A stretch of 64,000 nt of DNA from NCBI RefSeq assembly GCF_053078305.1, contig NZ_CP166875.1. One strand, given 5' to 3'. A program made the position numbers and the translations under genes. This document shows positions 1 to 10,117 of the stretch, one piece after another; position 1 is the stretch's first letter, and each line of letters begins with the position of its first letter. Origin of the DNA: a plasmid. Below the pieces are notes generated by a model. It was given only the letters and a program-made list of their open reading frames with translations. It was not told the origin of the DNA and did not search any database.

Positions 1-8
1 TGGATGTT

Positions 9-1067
9 ATGTCCCGGACAGTGGGGATCCTCTGGTTGATTCTGCTTCCCATGACATTCGGCTTTCTGTGGATGTGGTTTCACCATCCGGCCCAGCCCCG
101 TTTTACCCGCAGGCCACTGAATATCCACACACTGCCCCATATTTTTTCAGCTCTGTCACCGGCGATCGCCCCCGTTCTGGCTGATGGAGACAACAACAGA
201 CTCTTCCACGGACAAAAACGTCCCGAGCGCCGTGTCGCACTAACCCCCGAAGTCTTTGTGGAGCAGAACAACCTTATCCGCAACATGCAGCTCGATGTTG
301 CGTCCACACGCCAGTGCTTCATGGCGCAACTGGGGCAACCACTGACCAGCTGGAAAGACATGGCCCCACATGAAAAAGCGCTCTTTGCCATCTTTGGCCT
401 GCAGTTCTTCCTCGGTGACCGGAAAGCAGCGGTAGCCCTGATGAACAACCTCAATCTCTCCTGCAGGCTCAAAAGTAAACGGGACCAGGGGCGTTTCAGC
501 ACGCCGGTGTATTCACTGGCCAGAAACGCCTTTATCCGGGTCATCAAAACAGAAGGCGCACAACAGTGGCTCAGGCAGCACCGTTACGTTCGCAGCGGTC
601 TGGTCTGGCTTTACGCACATGATTTGCGCCTGACGCCTCCGAACTGGCTGTGGCTCAAGGGCGTTGACCGGACGCTCTTCTATGCCCTTCACCGGGCAAA
701 CACCACAAAAGGCTTCATCGAAGGGGCCGGCGTGGTGGCCGTTGCCCGGGCAGAAAATGAAGCCAGCCGTCTCGGCCTCCCCTGCCCGGAACCCTGTGTG
801 GAAGAGGCCATTGAAGGGCTTCGACGGGACATGCTGGGGCTGGGCCTGATATGGGACGAACCTCAGCCAGATCGCGATCGTAAACGTCAGATCAGGACCC
901 GCTGGTCACTCACGGATGACGTGATACCCCGCCGCCATGATAACGACGAAGACACTGACACTGGTGAAACCACCGAAACCACCGAAACCACCGAAACCAC
1001 CGAAACCACCGAAACCACCGAAACCACCGAAAAACAGCATCCCGCCGACAAGGAAAAAGAACAATGA
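9..1067 (+). CDS. trbA: TrbA-like conjugative transfer protein (I-type transfer region); N-terminal hydrophobic segment, C-terminal acidic (ETT)n repeat
   Basis: ATG at 9 confirmed in sequence; first gene of a three-gene set that ends opposite nikB as in IncI/IncL-M plasmids; assignment by synteny, not by motif. Confidence 0.45.
   Translation: MSRTVGILWLILLPMTFGFLWMWFHHPAQPRFTRRPLNIHTLPHIFSALSPAIAPVLADGDNNRLFHGQKRPERRVALTPEVFVEQNNLIRNMQLDVASTRQCFMAQLGQPLTSWKDMAPHEKALFAIFGLQFFLGDRKAAVALMNNLNLSCRLKSKRDQGRFSTPVYSLARNAFIRVIKTEGAQQWLRQHRYVRSGLVWLYAHDLRLTPPNWLWLKGVDRTLFYALHRANTTKGFIEGAGVVAVARAENEASRLGLPCPEPCVEEAIEGLRRDMLGLGLIWDEPQPDRDRKRQIRTRWSLTDDVIPRRHDNDEDTDTGETTETTETTETTETTETTETTEKQHPADKEKEQ
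964..1030 (+). repeat. 9-bp tandem repeat (gaaaccacc) x about 7, encoding (ETT)n inside trbA
   Basis: Directly visible perfect tandem repeats in sequence. Confidence 0.9.
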
Positions 1068-2188
1068 CCATCCACTACACTGCAACACTGAATAATAAAC
1101 ACCTGTCCCTGACCGCCCTGTACCCTGACGGTAATCGGGAGGTGATTGCCATCCTGCCGGTAACAGAACTGGGCGCACTGATTAACCGTAATAACAGGCT
1201 GATGCACCTGTCCTTCAGTTCCCCTTTTCGCGAAATAACCGAAACGGTGCTTGTTGATACCGTTGATGCAGAACGTCCCGGACATCACATCGGCAGAATG
1301 CTCTCAGCGATTGATGCCTGCCTGGATGCCGAATATGCCGGAAAAGGAAAACATCCCTCCCGGAAATATGGCTTCTGGCGGACACTGATGTGTGGCTTTA
1401 TCGCCGGAATTGCTCTGCCGGCGACAGTTGCAGGTTACCACTGGATGAAGGCAGAGCCCCCTTCCACGCTGGCTTACCCTAAATCTCAGGAATGGAGAGC
1501 TGAACCAGTAACCGACACAGAGACACCACGCCCACATACGGAACATCATGTTAACAGCATCCCGGCCCGCCCGGCTCCCACACAGCAGGAACCTTCTTCT
1601 GCCCCCGCCCCGACGGCAGTGACGGAAGAACAACACGTTCAGGCCGCTGAGGCCCGCCGTAATCTGGCCACAGTACTTAAACGCAACGCAGACCGGGGGA
1701 TGTTCACCATTAACCTGTCCACTGGTCATGAACGCACGCTGTACGCCTTCCTTGACCCCGCATGCATCAACTGCCGTCTGCTGGAACCCGCGCTTAAGCA
1801 ACTGGCCCGGGAATTCAGCGTGGTGATTTATCCGGTCTCCGTGATTGGCGGGGAGTCCAGTACAAAGCGGACTGCTCCGCTGCTGTGTGAACCGGACTCA
1901 CAAAAACGGGCGACCGGATGGCATCAGCTGTATTCCGCTGACAGTGGTATGGCCCCCACCGGCGATGCACCGGCCGCACAGGATGGACAGTGTCTGACCG
2001 CCGCACGTGCTGCCATCGATGTCAATAACCAGGCTTTCCGCCAGTTCGGTTTTGGCGGAACCCCCTGGGTGTTATCAGATACCGGCTGGCACCTGCCGTC
2101 CGGCATCCTGAAAGACGCCACTTCCGTTCGCCTCTTCCTGAAAGCAACAGATAGCGAGGAGTATCACAATGAGCCAGCACCACGTTAA
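1064..2188 (+). CDS. trbB: Thioredoxin-fold DsbC-like disulfide isomerase of the transfer system (TrbB-like)
   Basis: CxxC motif (DPACINC) in a thioredoxin-like C-terminal half; overlaps trbA stop; synteny with trbC/nikB. Confidence 0.55.
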   Translation: MTIHYTATLNNKHLSLTALYPDGNREVIAILPVTELGALINRNNRLMHLSFSSPFREITETVLVDTVDAERPGHHIGRMLSAIDACLDAEYAGKGKHPSRKYGFWRTLMCGFIAGIALPATVAGYHWMKAEPPSTLAYPKSQEWRAEPVTDTETPRPHTEHHVNSIPARPAPTQQEPSSAPAPTAVTEEQHVQAAEARRNLATVLKRNADRGMFTINLSTGHERTLYAFLDPACINCRLLEPALKQLAREFSVVIYPVSVIGGESSTKRTAPLLCEPDSQKRATGWHQLYSADSGMAPTGDAPAAQDGQCLTAARAAIDVNNQAFRQFGFGGTPWVLSDTGWHLPSGILKDATSVRLFLKATDSEEYHNEPAPR

Positions 2189-4469
2189 TCCTGACCTCAT
2201 ACACCGCACGGCCTGGGGAAACCCGCTGTGGAATGCACTGCATAACCTGAACATCATTGGTCTGTGTCTGGCCGGCAGTATCATTACGGCCCTGATATGG
2301 CCACTGGCCCTTCCTGTCTGTCTGCTGTTCACCCTGGTCACCTCCGTGATATTCACGCTGCAACGCTGGCGATGCCCCCTGCGTATGCCCATGACGCTCA
2401 GCCTTGATGACCCCTCCCAGGACAGAAAGGTCAGGCGAAGCCTCTTCAGCTTCTGGCCCACCCTGTTTCAGTATGAAGCAGATGAAACATCCCCCGCACG
2501 GGGGATTTTTTATGTCGGTTACCGCCGTATCAATGATATCGGTCGTGAGCTCTGGCTGAGCATGGATGACCTCACCCGGCATGTCATGTTTTTTGCCACC
2601 ACCGGTGGCGGTAAAACAGAAACCACCTTTGCCTGGCTGCTCAACCCGCTCTGCTGGGGAAGAGGCTTTACCTTTGTTGACGGAAAGGCACAGAACGATA
2701 CCACGAGGACAATCTGGTATCTCTCCCGACGTTTTGGCAGGGAGGATGATATCGAGGTCATCAACTTCATGAACGGCGGAAAATCCCGCAGCGAAATCAT
2801 TCAGAGTGGCGATAAATCCCGCCCACAGTCAAACACCTGGAACCCGTTCGCATTCAGCACCGAAGCCTTCACCGCCGAAACCATGCAGTCCATGCTGCCC
2901 CAGAACGTTCAGGGCGGTGAATGGCAGTCACGGGCGATAGCCATGAACAAGGCACTGGTCTTTGGCACAAAATTCTGGTGCGTCCGGGAAGGTAAAACCA
3001 TGTCCCTGCAGATGTTACGGGAACATATGACGCTGGAAGGGATGGCAAAACTCTATTGCCGTGGCCTTGATGACCAGTGGCCGGAAGAAGCCATCGCACC
3101 ACTGCGAAACTACCTGCAGGATGTCCCGGGATTCGATATGTCACTGGTGAGAACGCCGTCAGCCTGGACTGAGGAGCCCCGTAAACAGCATGCTTATCTC
3201 TCCGGTCAGTTCTCGGAAACGTTCACAACCTTTGCCGAAACCTTCGGGGACGTCTTTGCGGCAGATGCCGGCGACATCGATATTCGCGACAGTATTCACA
3301 GCGACCGCATTCTGATTGTGATGATCCCTGCACTGGACACATCGGCCCATACCACGTCGGCACTCGGTCGTATGTTCGTCACCCAGCAGAGCATGATCCT
3401 CGCCCGTGACCTGGGCTACCGCCTGGAAGGCACAGATGCACAGACCCTGGAAGTCAAAAAATACAAAGGCAGCTTCCCCTATATCTGTATCCTTGACGAA
3501 GTCGGTGCCTACTACACAGACCGCATTGCTGTGGAGGCCACCCAGGTACGTTCACTGGAGTTTTCCCTGATAATGATGGCGCAGGATCAGGAGCGAATTG
3601 AAGGGCAGACCTCCGCCACCAACACCGCCACACTGATGCAGAACGCCGGCACCAAATTCGCCGGACGCATTGTCAGTGACGACAAAACGGCAAGAACGGT
3701 GAAAAATGCCGCCGGTGAAGAGGCACGGGCCAGAATGGGCAGCCTGCAGCGCCACGATGGTGTGATGGGTGAGTCCTGGGTGGACGGTAACCAGATCACC
3801 ATCCAGATGGAAAGCAAAATCGACGTGCAGGATTTGATCAGACTGAATGCCGGTGAGTTCTTTACCGTTTTCCAGGGGGATGTGGTGCCGTCAGCCTCTG
3901 TGTATATTCCGGACAGCGAGAAAAGTTGCGACAGTGATCCGGTGGTCATCAACCGCTATATTTCCGTTGAAGCCCCCCGGCTGGAGCGTCTCCGCCGTCT
4001 CGTCCCCAGGACAGTGCAGCGCAGGCTCCCCACACCGGAGCATGTCAGCAGCATCATCGGTGTACTGACAGCAAAACCATCCCGTAAACGTCGTAAAAAC
4101 CGTACAGAGCCTTACCGTATCATTGATACATTCCAGCGCCGGTTGGCAACAGCGCAGACATCACTGGATCTGCTTCCGCAATATGATACAGATATCGAAT
4201 CCCGGGCAAACGAACTGTGGAAAAAGGCTGTGCACACTATCAATAACACAACCTGGGAAGAACGCCGGGTATGTTATATCACACTGAATCGTCCGGAAGA
4301 GGAACACTCCGGTCCTGAAGATATACCTTCAGTAAAGGCGATTCTGAATACCCTGCTCCCCCTGGAGATACTGTTACCGGTCGCTGAAAATAATAAATCG
4401 CAGACAATAAATAATGATCATCCCCAGAAATCATGTGGAGCACAACCAACAACTGACGAAAAATACTGA
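2169..4469 (+). CDS. trbC: Type IV coupling protein (TrbC-like, VirD4/TraG-type ATPase)
   Basis: N-terminal transmembrane helices, Walker A (ATTGGGKTET) and Walker B-like (ICILDEVG); 766 aa; adjacent to relaxase operon. Confidence 0.6.
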   Translation: MSQHHVNPDLIHRTAWGNPLWNALHNLNIIGLCLAGSIITALIWPLALPVCLLFTLVTSVIFTLQRWRCPLRMPMTLSLDDPSQDRKVRRSLFSFWPTLFQYEADETSPARGIFYVGYRRINDIGRELWLSMDDLTRHVMFFATTGGGKTETTFAWLLNPLCWGRGFTFVDGKAQNDTTRTIWYLSRRFGREDDIEVINFMNGGKSRSEIIQSGDKSRPQSNTWNPFAFSTEAFTAETMQSMLPQNVQGGEWQSRAIAMNKALVFGTKFWCVREGKTMSLQMLREHMTLEGMAKLYCRGLDDQWPEEAIAPLRNYLQDVPGFDMSLVRTPSAWTEEPRKQHAYLSGQFSETFTTFAETFGDVFAADAGDIDIRDSIHSDRILIVMIPALDTSAHTTSALGRMFVTQQSMILARDLGYRLEGTDAQTLEVKKYKGSFPYICILDEVGAYYTDRIAVEATQVRSLEFSLIMMAQDQERIEGQTSATNTATLMQNAGTKFAGRIVSDDKTARTVKNAAGEEARARMGSLQRHDGVMGESWVDGNQITIQMESKIDVQDLIRLNAGEFFTVFQGDVVPSASVYIPDSEKSCDSDPVVINRYISVEAPRLERLRRLVPRTVQRRLPTPEHVSSIIGVLTAKPSRKRRKNRTEPYRIIDTFQRRLATAQTSLDLLPQYDTDIESRANELWKKAVHTINNTTWEERRVCYITLNRPEEEHSGPEDIPSVKAILNTLLPLEILLPVAENNKSQTINNDHPQKSCGAQPTTDEKY

Positions 4470-4504
4470 AGGAATACAAATATTTTCTGGTGACCATATC
4501 TGTC

Positions 4505-4545
4505 AATCCGACTGTAAAACCCTGTTCACTAAGTCCGGGGTTTTA
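4505..4545. terminator. Hairpin (aaaaccc...ggggtttt) between convergent trbC and nikB, probable bidirectional terminator
   Basis: Inverted repeat visible in intergenic sequence between convergent genes. Confidence 0.4.
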
Positions 4546-4689
4546 CGGCACACTGGATAAGGGCCGCAGACACGGCCCTTAATTCAGAGTTAACCGGGTA
4601 TAAACTCAATTCAGTGACTACTCCCGCCCTTATTGACGAAGGTTCCTGCCGTTTTGGGGCTGAATCTTTGCACCATCACTTATCCGGGC

Positions 4690-7410
4690 TTACATTCCAG
4701 GTGATGGTGGCTCCCATGTTTTCTCCTGCCGTAACGTATAATTATCATCATGGCTCTCCGATAAACGGGTCTGCTGTCTGATATATTCCCGGTAATACTG
4801 CTCACTGCGTTGACGGTGCAAATCCACGTCCGGACGAGTAATGGTGAAGTGTCCGTTTCCGGTTATTCCCGCTGCATTGTGCCAGGCCACCATTTCTGCA
4901 AACACATCATTAAACTGCTGGTATGAACCTTCCGGCTCAAAACCAAGCTTTCCGTTGCGGCTGAACAGAACTGGCGCAATTAAATCAAGCTTCTCTGCCA
5001 GTTCATTTCGGTCCGTGTGATGGTAGAACACAACCCGATCTCCGTAATCCGTACAGACATTTTTTCCTGTCCGCGTATCCCTGAAATGAACACTTCCATT
5101 TTTCTGAAGACGAGCTTCAAGTTTTGCAACATTATTAAAAAGTGGCGTTCCTCCGGGTTCGCAGAGTACGACACAACGATCAGCATTAGTTGTGCGTCTT
5201 TTATCCTTATTACGCGAGCGACGATCACGATAATCCCAGCCACGTAACTGCGATACTGCAGCCCTGTCTCCCTGAGCCGCCTGTTGTTCCACCCACTGCC
5301 GGTAGGACAAAGGATACCACTTACCCTCCGCAATCAGTGACAACCGCTCTTCCTTCACACTCTCCTTCAGCCTGATCAGCGCCTGCATACGCTGCACTTC
5401 CGCAATATGGTAATGCAGCTTACGCAATTGTGGATCCCGGAACTGCACACGGATATACGCCTTGCGCCGACGGCAGGCAGCATGAATTTCCCGTAACCGT
5501 TCTCCGTAACGTAAGTCGGGTTTACGCCAGTGCTCCTTCCATGCAAGATAACGCGCACGCAAATCTTCCCGCGCAGCTGCACGGGCTTCACGGCGCTCAC
5601 GACGAATCTCAGGATCGCGCCGGAAGCCTGGTTCCACTTCATCACTGGCAGCAAGTTCCGGATTGTAACGACATTCAGGCTTCACCCGTTCGAAAATATC
5701 TGCAGCCGCAATTTCAAATGGCCCGGCCTGAGGCTCGGCACGGGATAACGTCAAATCCGGGTGGATACTGCTGGCCTTCACCGGTGTCAGCTCATGATTA
5801 AACGCATCCACAATCACAAGACCATGATGCTGTTTCTGCAGCATAAGCCCTTTACGCGCAAACATCTCATGACATGCCTGCCAGCTGAAATCCCCGCCAG
5901 CTATCATCTCTTCAATCTGGCTCCTGCACTGAATAAGAGCGTATCCCCACAGACTTTCCTTATCGGAAAACAGTTCACGCTTTATAGCCCCCTGCGGACC
6001 TGTGCCCATCCTCATGCGATACCATTCGTAATCACTGACAGGCTGAGAGCCAATACTGTGTCCCCGGAATCGTTCTCCGGGAACGACCTGAGTAAAAATA
6101 TCCTTCGGTACAGGCTGCCATCCACCATCCAGATCCTGCATATAATCCAGCGTCATTAACGGCCACACACTGTCTGCACGTACTGGTGTCTGTTGTTTAT
6201 CAAATCCATCATGCAGTACCAGATGCCCGTGCTGAATCCCCATCCATAATCCCGCCTCTGCCAGAGTACGGTGTACAGCCAGGCAGCTTTTCAGTTCACC
6301 ATTGCGCGCCATTGCCGGTAAGCGTTCGGCAAAATGACGGCAGGCGTACTGTTTCAGACTCTCCGTTTCTGCCACTTTTTCCGGCCGGATATCAACGTTT
6401 ATGGCTTCCGGATCATAACGACCGGGTGTCCCCACCTGACTGAAAATATCTGTCGGTACAGGCTGATATTCCCCCAGTTTCCGCCCCAGTTTTTCAGCCG
6501 TCCATGACGGTCCGAACGAACTGAGTGCAACACCTTCCCGCGCTCTGTCCCAGCCATCCTTCACCACCAGTTCCCCTTCCTGCATCGTGATATACAGACC
6601 ATCGCTGGCCAGCCGTTTATGCAAAGATAACCAGTCCTGTGCAGGCTCTTCACGCAGCCCGGCAATCGACATCTGAGCAATATATTCCCTGAACGTCTGC
6701 TTTTTCCCGCGTCGCCAGGCATTACGGCGCTCACGTACCAGCGCTGTTTTGCGCACAATACGGTTGCCGGGTGCATGCACAAAGCAGCCATTATCCGGCG
6801 CGAATCCGTGCTTAAGTTCAAGTTCACGACATGCACGGCTGAGTTTTTCCTGGCTCCACGGAAGGCAATTGATATAGCCGGTTTCAGGGTGGACACGATT
6901 CACTGCAACATGTACATGCAGGTTATCCGTGTCTGTATGAACGGCTGCCACATACTGATGTTTTGACAGCTCAAGGGATTTCAGGGTGTGACGCACACAG
7001 TCAAAAAGCTGCTCAGAACGCGGACTTTCGTGCGCAGGCCAGGAGAGAATATAGTGAAAAACAGGATCTGTATCATCTTTGGAAAAATGAGCAAGGTCTG
7101 CTGCTTTCTGCATTTCTTCAGCCGCAGATTCAAGAGACAAACAGTTATGAAAGCAGGTCACACCATAGAAATTCACCCACTGACTGCCGTCTTTCATCAC
7201 ATCAATCAGGGAAACAAATTTTTCATTACGCAGACGTGTTGCATAATCAACAAGACGTCTGAAGCGATTCCGGTGCGGAACCTCACCTTTCACTTCCGTG
7301 TCTGGTCTGAGTTCATCTTCCGGCACATCATCCCGCACTGAGGTGTACGCAATCAGGTCTTCAAAAGAAGACTTTCCGTCGCGTCTTTTTTTCGGAATGA
7401 TGGCATTCAT
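4690..7410 (-). CDS. nikB: MOBP-type relaxase NikB
   Basis: 906 aa; N-terminal relaxase domain with HxDxxxxHxH-type motif (HTDTDNLHVHVAVNRVHPETG); directly downstream of nikA and oriT. Confidence 0.85.
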   Translation of the reverse strand: MNAIIPKKRRDGKSSFEDLIAYTSVRDDVPEDELRPDTEVKGEVPHRNRFRRLVDYATRLRNEKFVSLIDVMKDGSQWVNFYGVTCFHNCLSLESAAEEMQKAADLAHFSKDDTDPVFHYILSWPAHESPRSEQLFDCVRHTLKSLELSKHQYVAAVHTDTDNLHVHVAVNRVHPETGYINCLPWSQEKLSRACRELELKHGFAPDNGCFVHAPGNRIVRKTALVRERRNAWRRGKKQTFREYIAQMSIAGLREEPAQDWLSLHKRLASDGLYITMQEGELVVKDGWDRAREGVALSSFGPSWTAEKLGRKLGEYQPVPTDIFSQVGTPGRYDPEAINVDIRPEKVAETESLKQYACRHFAERLPAMARNGELKSCLAVHRTLAEAGLWMGIQHGHLVLHDGFDKQQTPVRADSVWPLMTLDYMQDLDGGWQPVPKDIFTQVVPGERFRGHSIGSQPVSDYEWYRMRMGTGPQGAIKRELFSDKESLWGYALIQCRSQIEEMIAGGDFSWQACHEMFARKGLMLQKQHHGLVIVDAFNHELTPVKASSIHPDLTLSRAEPQAGPFEIAAADIFERVKPECRYNPELAASDEVEPGFRRDPEIRRERREARAAAREDLRARYLAWKEHWRKPDLRYGERLREIHAACRRRKAYIRVQFRDPQLRKLHYHIAEVQRMQALIRLKESVKEERLSLIAEGKWYPLSYRQWVEQQAAQGDRAAVSQLRGWDYRDRRSRNKDKRRTTNADRCVVLCEPGGTPLFNNVAKLEARLQKNGSVHFRDTRTGKNVCTDYGDRVVFYHHTDRNELAEKLDLIAPVLFSRNGKLGFEPEGSYQQFNDVFAEMVAWHNAAGITGNGHFTITRPDVDLHRQRSEQYYREYIRQQTRLSESHDDNYTLRQEKTWEPPSPGM

Positions 7411-7421
7411 CAGCGATTATC

Positions 7422-7754
7422 TCAGCGTCCCATTAAATCTCTTCGCAGAGTATTAGCGAGTTCTGTAATAGCAACGAGAACCTCTGCATACTCTTTATCT
7501 CCCGTGCGTTTTCCTTCCACAAACAGATGCTTCTGCAGGCGACCAAGACGCATCAGCTCTTTCAAAAACTCTTCGTCAATGCGGGCATTTATCTGTTTTC
7601 CCAGCACAGTTTTTCTTATCAGAGTTGAAACTGTCAGTCCGTTTTTTTCTGCCTTTTCTCTAACAATCTCAGCCTCTTCTGGTGAAAAACGAACAGCAAT
7701 GAGGACATTCTTTTGCCGTTTCTCACTGCCACTTCGGGTTTTCTTCTCACTCAT
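7422..7754 (-). CDS. nikA: Relaxosome accessory protein NikA (ribbon-helix-helix)
   Basis: 110 aa basic RHH-like protein immediately upstream of the relaxase, adjacent to oriT hairpins. Confidence 0.8.
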   Translation of the reverse strand: MSEKKTRSGSEKRQKNVLIAVRFSPEEAEIVREKAEKNGLTVSTLIRKTVLGKQINARIDEEFLKELMRLGRLQKHLFVEGKRTGDKEYAEVLVAITELANTLRRDLMGR

Positions 7755-7759
7755 GGTCT

Positions 7760-7900
7760 GCTCCTTACCGGGGTGTCGGGGCTAAGCCCTGACCAGGTGG
7801 TAATCGTATAGCCGTGCGTGCGCGGTTATACGATTACACATCCTGTCCCGTTTTTCGGTCCATTATAGCCTGTTATTTTTGTGCATCATAGTCTTATGCA
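7760..7900. other. Origin of transfer (oriT) region with two inverted repeats
   Basis: Hairpin ggggctaagccc (about 7779-7790) and inverted repeat taatcgtatagccg...cggttatacgatta (about 7801-7836) just upstream of nikA. Confidence 0.6.
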
Positions 7901-7980
7901 GACGGCAGAGGCAGGGCGCAGCCCTGCCAGGAGTCAGTTTTTGATGATAAAATCAGACTTCAACATGAAACGGAGAGAAA

Positions 7981-8322
7981 GTGCCAATGGCTTCTAAAAA
8001 ATTTTACTCAGATGATGACATCCAGCTGGCAAAAGCTGCTTTATCAGAATTGCCGGACCTCACCGCTCAACGGAAAACATTGCGTGATTTTCTTGATGCC
8101 ATTCGTGATGACATTATTGTCCTGGTAAGGACAAAGGGTTATGCACTGGCAGATGTTCGTGACACGCTCAAAAATGCAGGGTATGAAGTAGGAGAGAAGG
8201 CACTTCGTGACATTATTCGGGAAGCAGAATCGAAAAAACCATCCCGCCGTTCTTCCTCTAAAACAGCACCTAAAAAGACAGATTCAGGCAGGAAAGATGG
8301 CATCGATATGAACAACAATTGA
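7981..8322 (+). CDS. Hypothetical protein with lysine/serine-rich basic tail
   Basis: ORF with upstream purine-rich stretch; no recognised domain. Confidence 0.35.
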   Translation: MPMASKKFYSDDDIQLAKAALSELPDLTAQRKTLRDFLDAIRDDIIVLVRTKGYALADVRDTLKNAGYEVGEKALRDIIREAESKKPSRRSSSKTAPKKTDSGRKDGIDMNNN

Positions 8323-8407
8323 TGTGACAATGTCACATCGTGTTCTGAGATTATGATGATTACAGAAAAAAAAGCCCCGGCATAAATACCAGGGCTTTTC
8401 TGTTTAA

Positions 8408-9259
8408 TCAGACTCGTGGCGGCAATGCACCAGGATAATGCCGTGCAATAATATCATTCAGTTTTTCAACAAGGTCAGAACGCTTAAAGACAATGTGTAC
8501 GGTCCCTTTCTGGTAGCCACGCACCGTAAAATATTCCCCTTCTAACAGCTTACCGACATTGTCGCCGTTCCCGAGAAATTCACCGTACTGCGCCCCGATG
8601 CTGCTCCGGAAGTCAGGAACGTTGCGCCCCTCCAGCAGATAAAACGGACGTACCAGGTCATCCAGTGCCTCCCGTCCGCTGCAGTCCAGCGTCACACGCC
8701 CGTTACTCCAGCGGTACAGCAGGTTTTCAATAATGATTTTCTTACCCAGACGGCAGGGATTATTGGTTCTGTAATCCCATGACAATTTCCGGTAGACATC
8801 AATCAGTCCCTGTTCAAATGTTTGCATCTTACTGGCATTCAGATAGCGAAAAGTTGCCAGTACATTGTCCAGGGTGATTTCAGGACAGGTGTCGCTCATC
8901 AGCTGGCTGTTCCACTCATCACGCTGGCATGAACTCATGAAGGTGTACATGCCAGTATCCGTCATCAGGCGATCCCAGATTTTCCGGTCGGCAAGACGGG
9001 TGATATTCTTTTTTGCTTCTTCCGGTTTATCCATGCATCGAACGGAGTCAGTCACGCAGTCTTCAAACCCGTAGAGAAAAATGTCACCGGAAGCATCGAG
9101 CAGAATCCTGCGCGCTGTCGCCAGGCATTCCATCGCCTGCATGAACAGTGCAATACCTTCGTTACGCTGCGCGATAATGCGGTCGATGGCCACAGACGGA
9201 ATAATATCTGTCGTGCCGGCAGTATTCAGGTCAGCAGTGGGTAAAGTCTGATTCATCAC
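8408..9259 (-). CDS. Leading-region hypothetical protein (DUF4942-like)
   Basis: 283 aa ORF in leading orientation, preceded by repeat A1; family assignment from memory only. Confidence 0.45.
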   Translation of the reverse strand: MMNQTLPTADLNTAGTTDIIPSVAIDRIIAQRNEGIALFMQAMECLATARRILLDASGDIFLYGFEDCVTDSVRCMDKPEEAKKNITRLADRKIWDRLMTDTGMYTFMSSCQRDEWNSQLMSDTCPEITLDNVLATFRYLNASKMQTFEQGLIDVYRKLSWDYRTNNPCRLGKKIIIENLLYRWSNGRVTLDCSGREALDDLVRPFYLLEGRNVPDFRSSIGAQYGEFLGNGDNVGKLLEGEYFTVRGYQKGTVHIVFKRSDLVEKLNDIIARHYPGALPPRV

Positions 9260-9284
9260 ATTGTCTCCTCATCGTCACGACTGC

Positions 9285-9645
9285 CGGGTCAGCCAGGTCA
9301 TTTCCCGGAGGAGCGAAGCTCCTTCTGCCGTCCGGGTCTTCGGGGATTTCCCCGCAGTGGACCTTTCCGATGGGGGCCCGTTTACCGCCTCACGGGACAG
9401 CTGTCCGGGGGCGGACGCAAAATTTTTAGCCGGGTTCATGGCTAAAAATTTTGTGGCCGGTGCATCTCACCCTGGACAGATGGAACGGGAGGGGGTTACG
9501 TCTGCCCCCTGGAAAGTCCACAGCGGGAAACAGGCCGCAGGGGTGGCGGCAGGAGGGAAGACTGCTGCGCCATCAGGCGCAGTTTCCTCACACACCGTCA
9601 GGTGTGCAGGGAGCGCAGGTCACGGCGCGACTGAAGAAAAACGAC
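9285..9645 (-). repeat. Repeat family A copy 1: GC-rich structured element (Frpo/ssi-like single-strand promoter candidate)
   Basis: Shares long near-identical blocks (ccgcagtggacctttccgatggg; cagctgtccgggggcggacgcaaaa; ggaaagtccacagcgggaaacaggccgcag) with copies at 12.7, 28.1 and 33.4 kb. Confidence 0.55.
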
Positions 9646-9719
9646 GGCACAACAATGGCATGTGGTGGTCACTGGCACACCACTCCCGCACAGGTGAAAA
9701 CAGAGAAAACCGCACGACA

Positions 9720-9830
9720 TTTACAACCAAAAAAAAGTGAAATTTCTTCACTTTTTCACGCTTATTTTTCGCGTTGATTTGGTGATTATGATGATAAAAT
9801 AAAGTGAAATTTTTTCACTTTTTCAAAGGT
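9720..9830. promoter_or_regulatory. Tandem palindromic operator-like sites (aaagtgaaa-N-tttcacttt, two copies) upstream of the HTH gene
   Basis: Two near-identical palindromes directly visible about 60 bp apart. Confidence 0.5.
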
Positions 9831-9835
9831 GTTTT

Positions 9836-10087
9836 ATGACCGGCTGGGAACTGCGAATCTGGCGAAAAAGCATGCTCTGGTCACGCGAAAAAGCGGCCAG
9901 AGAATTTGGCGTGACGCAGAGAACATGGCACGCCTGGGAAAATGCGGAACAGGTGGATGTCACCGTCTGGAGGACCACCCAGGCACTTTCAGTCCGTGAC
10001 CTGCTGCCTCACATGCAGGGGATGCGTAAGGCAGATATCATCAGGCGTCTGGAAAATGAACTGGGGGAAACGGCAGGGAATGTGTGA
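9836..10087 (+). CDS. Small HTH DNA-binding regulator
   Basis: 83 aa; helix-turn-helix-like segment (REKAAREFGVTQRTWHAWE); preceded by palindromic operators. Confidence 0.45.
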   Translation: MTGWELRIWRKSMLWSREKAAREFGVTQRTWHAWENAEQVDVTVWRTTQALSVRDLLPHMQGMRKADIIRRLENELGETAGNV

Positions 10088-10117
10088 GCGTGATTCACAG
10101 CCTGGCTGAATGCCAGG

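Noticed and set aside
4980-7341. Numerous 60-130 aa ORFs on both strands inside nikB
   Set aside because: Nested within a long, well-supported relaxase gene; shadow ORFs.
9261-9777. Overlapping plus-strand ORFs (159 and 108 aa) inside repeat A1; similar ORFs at 12641-13249, 28023-28619 and 33396-33817
   Set aside because: They lie entirely within the GC-rich repeat elements, overlap each other in several frames and recur wherever the repeat recurs; treated as non-coding repeats.
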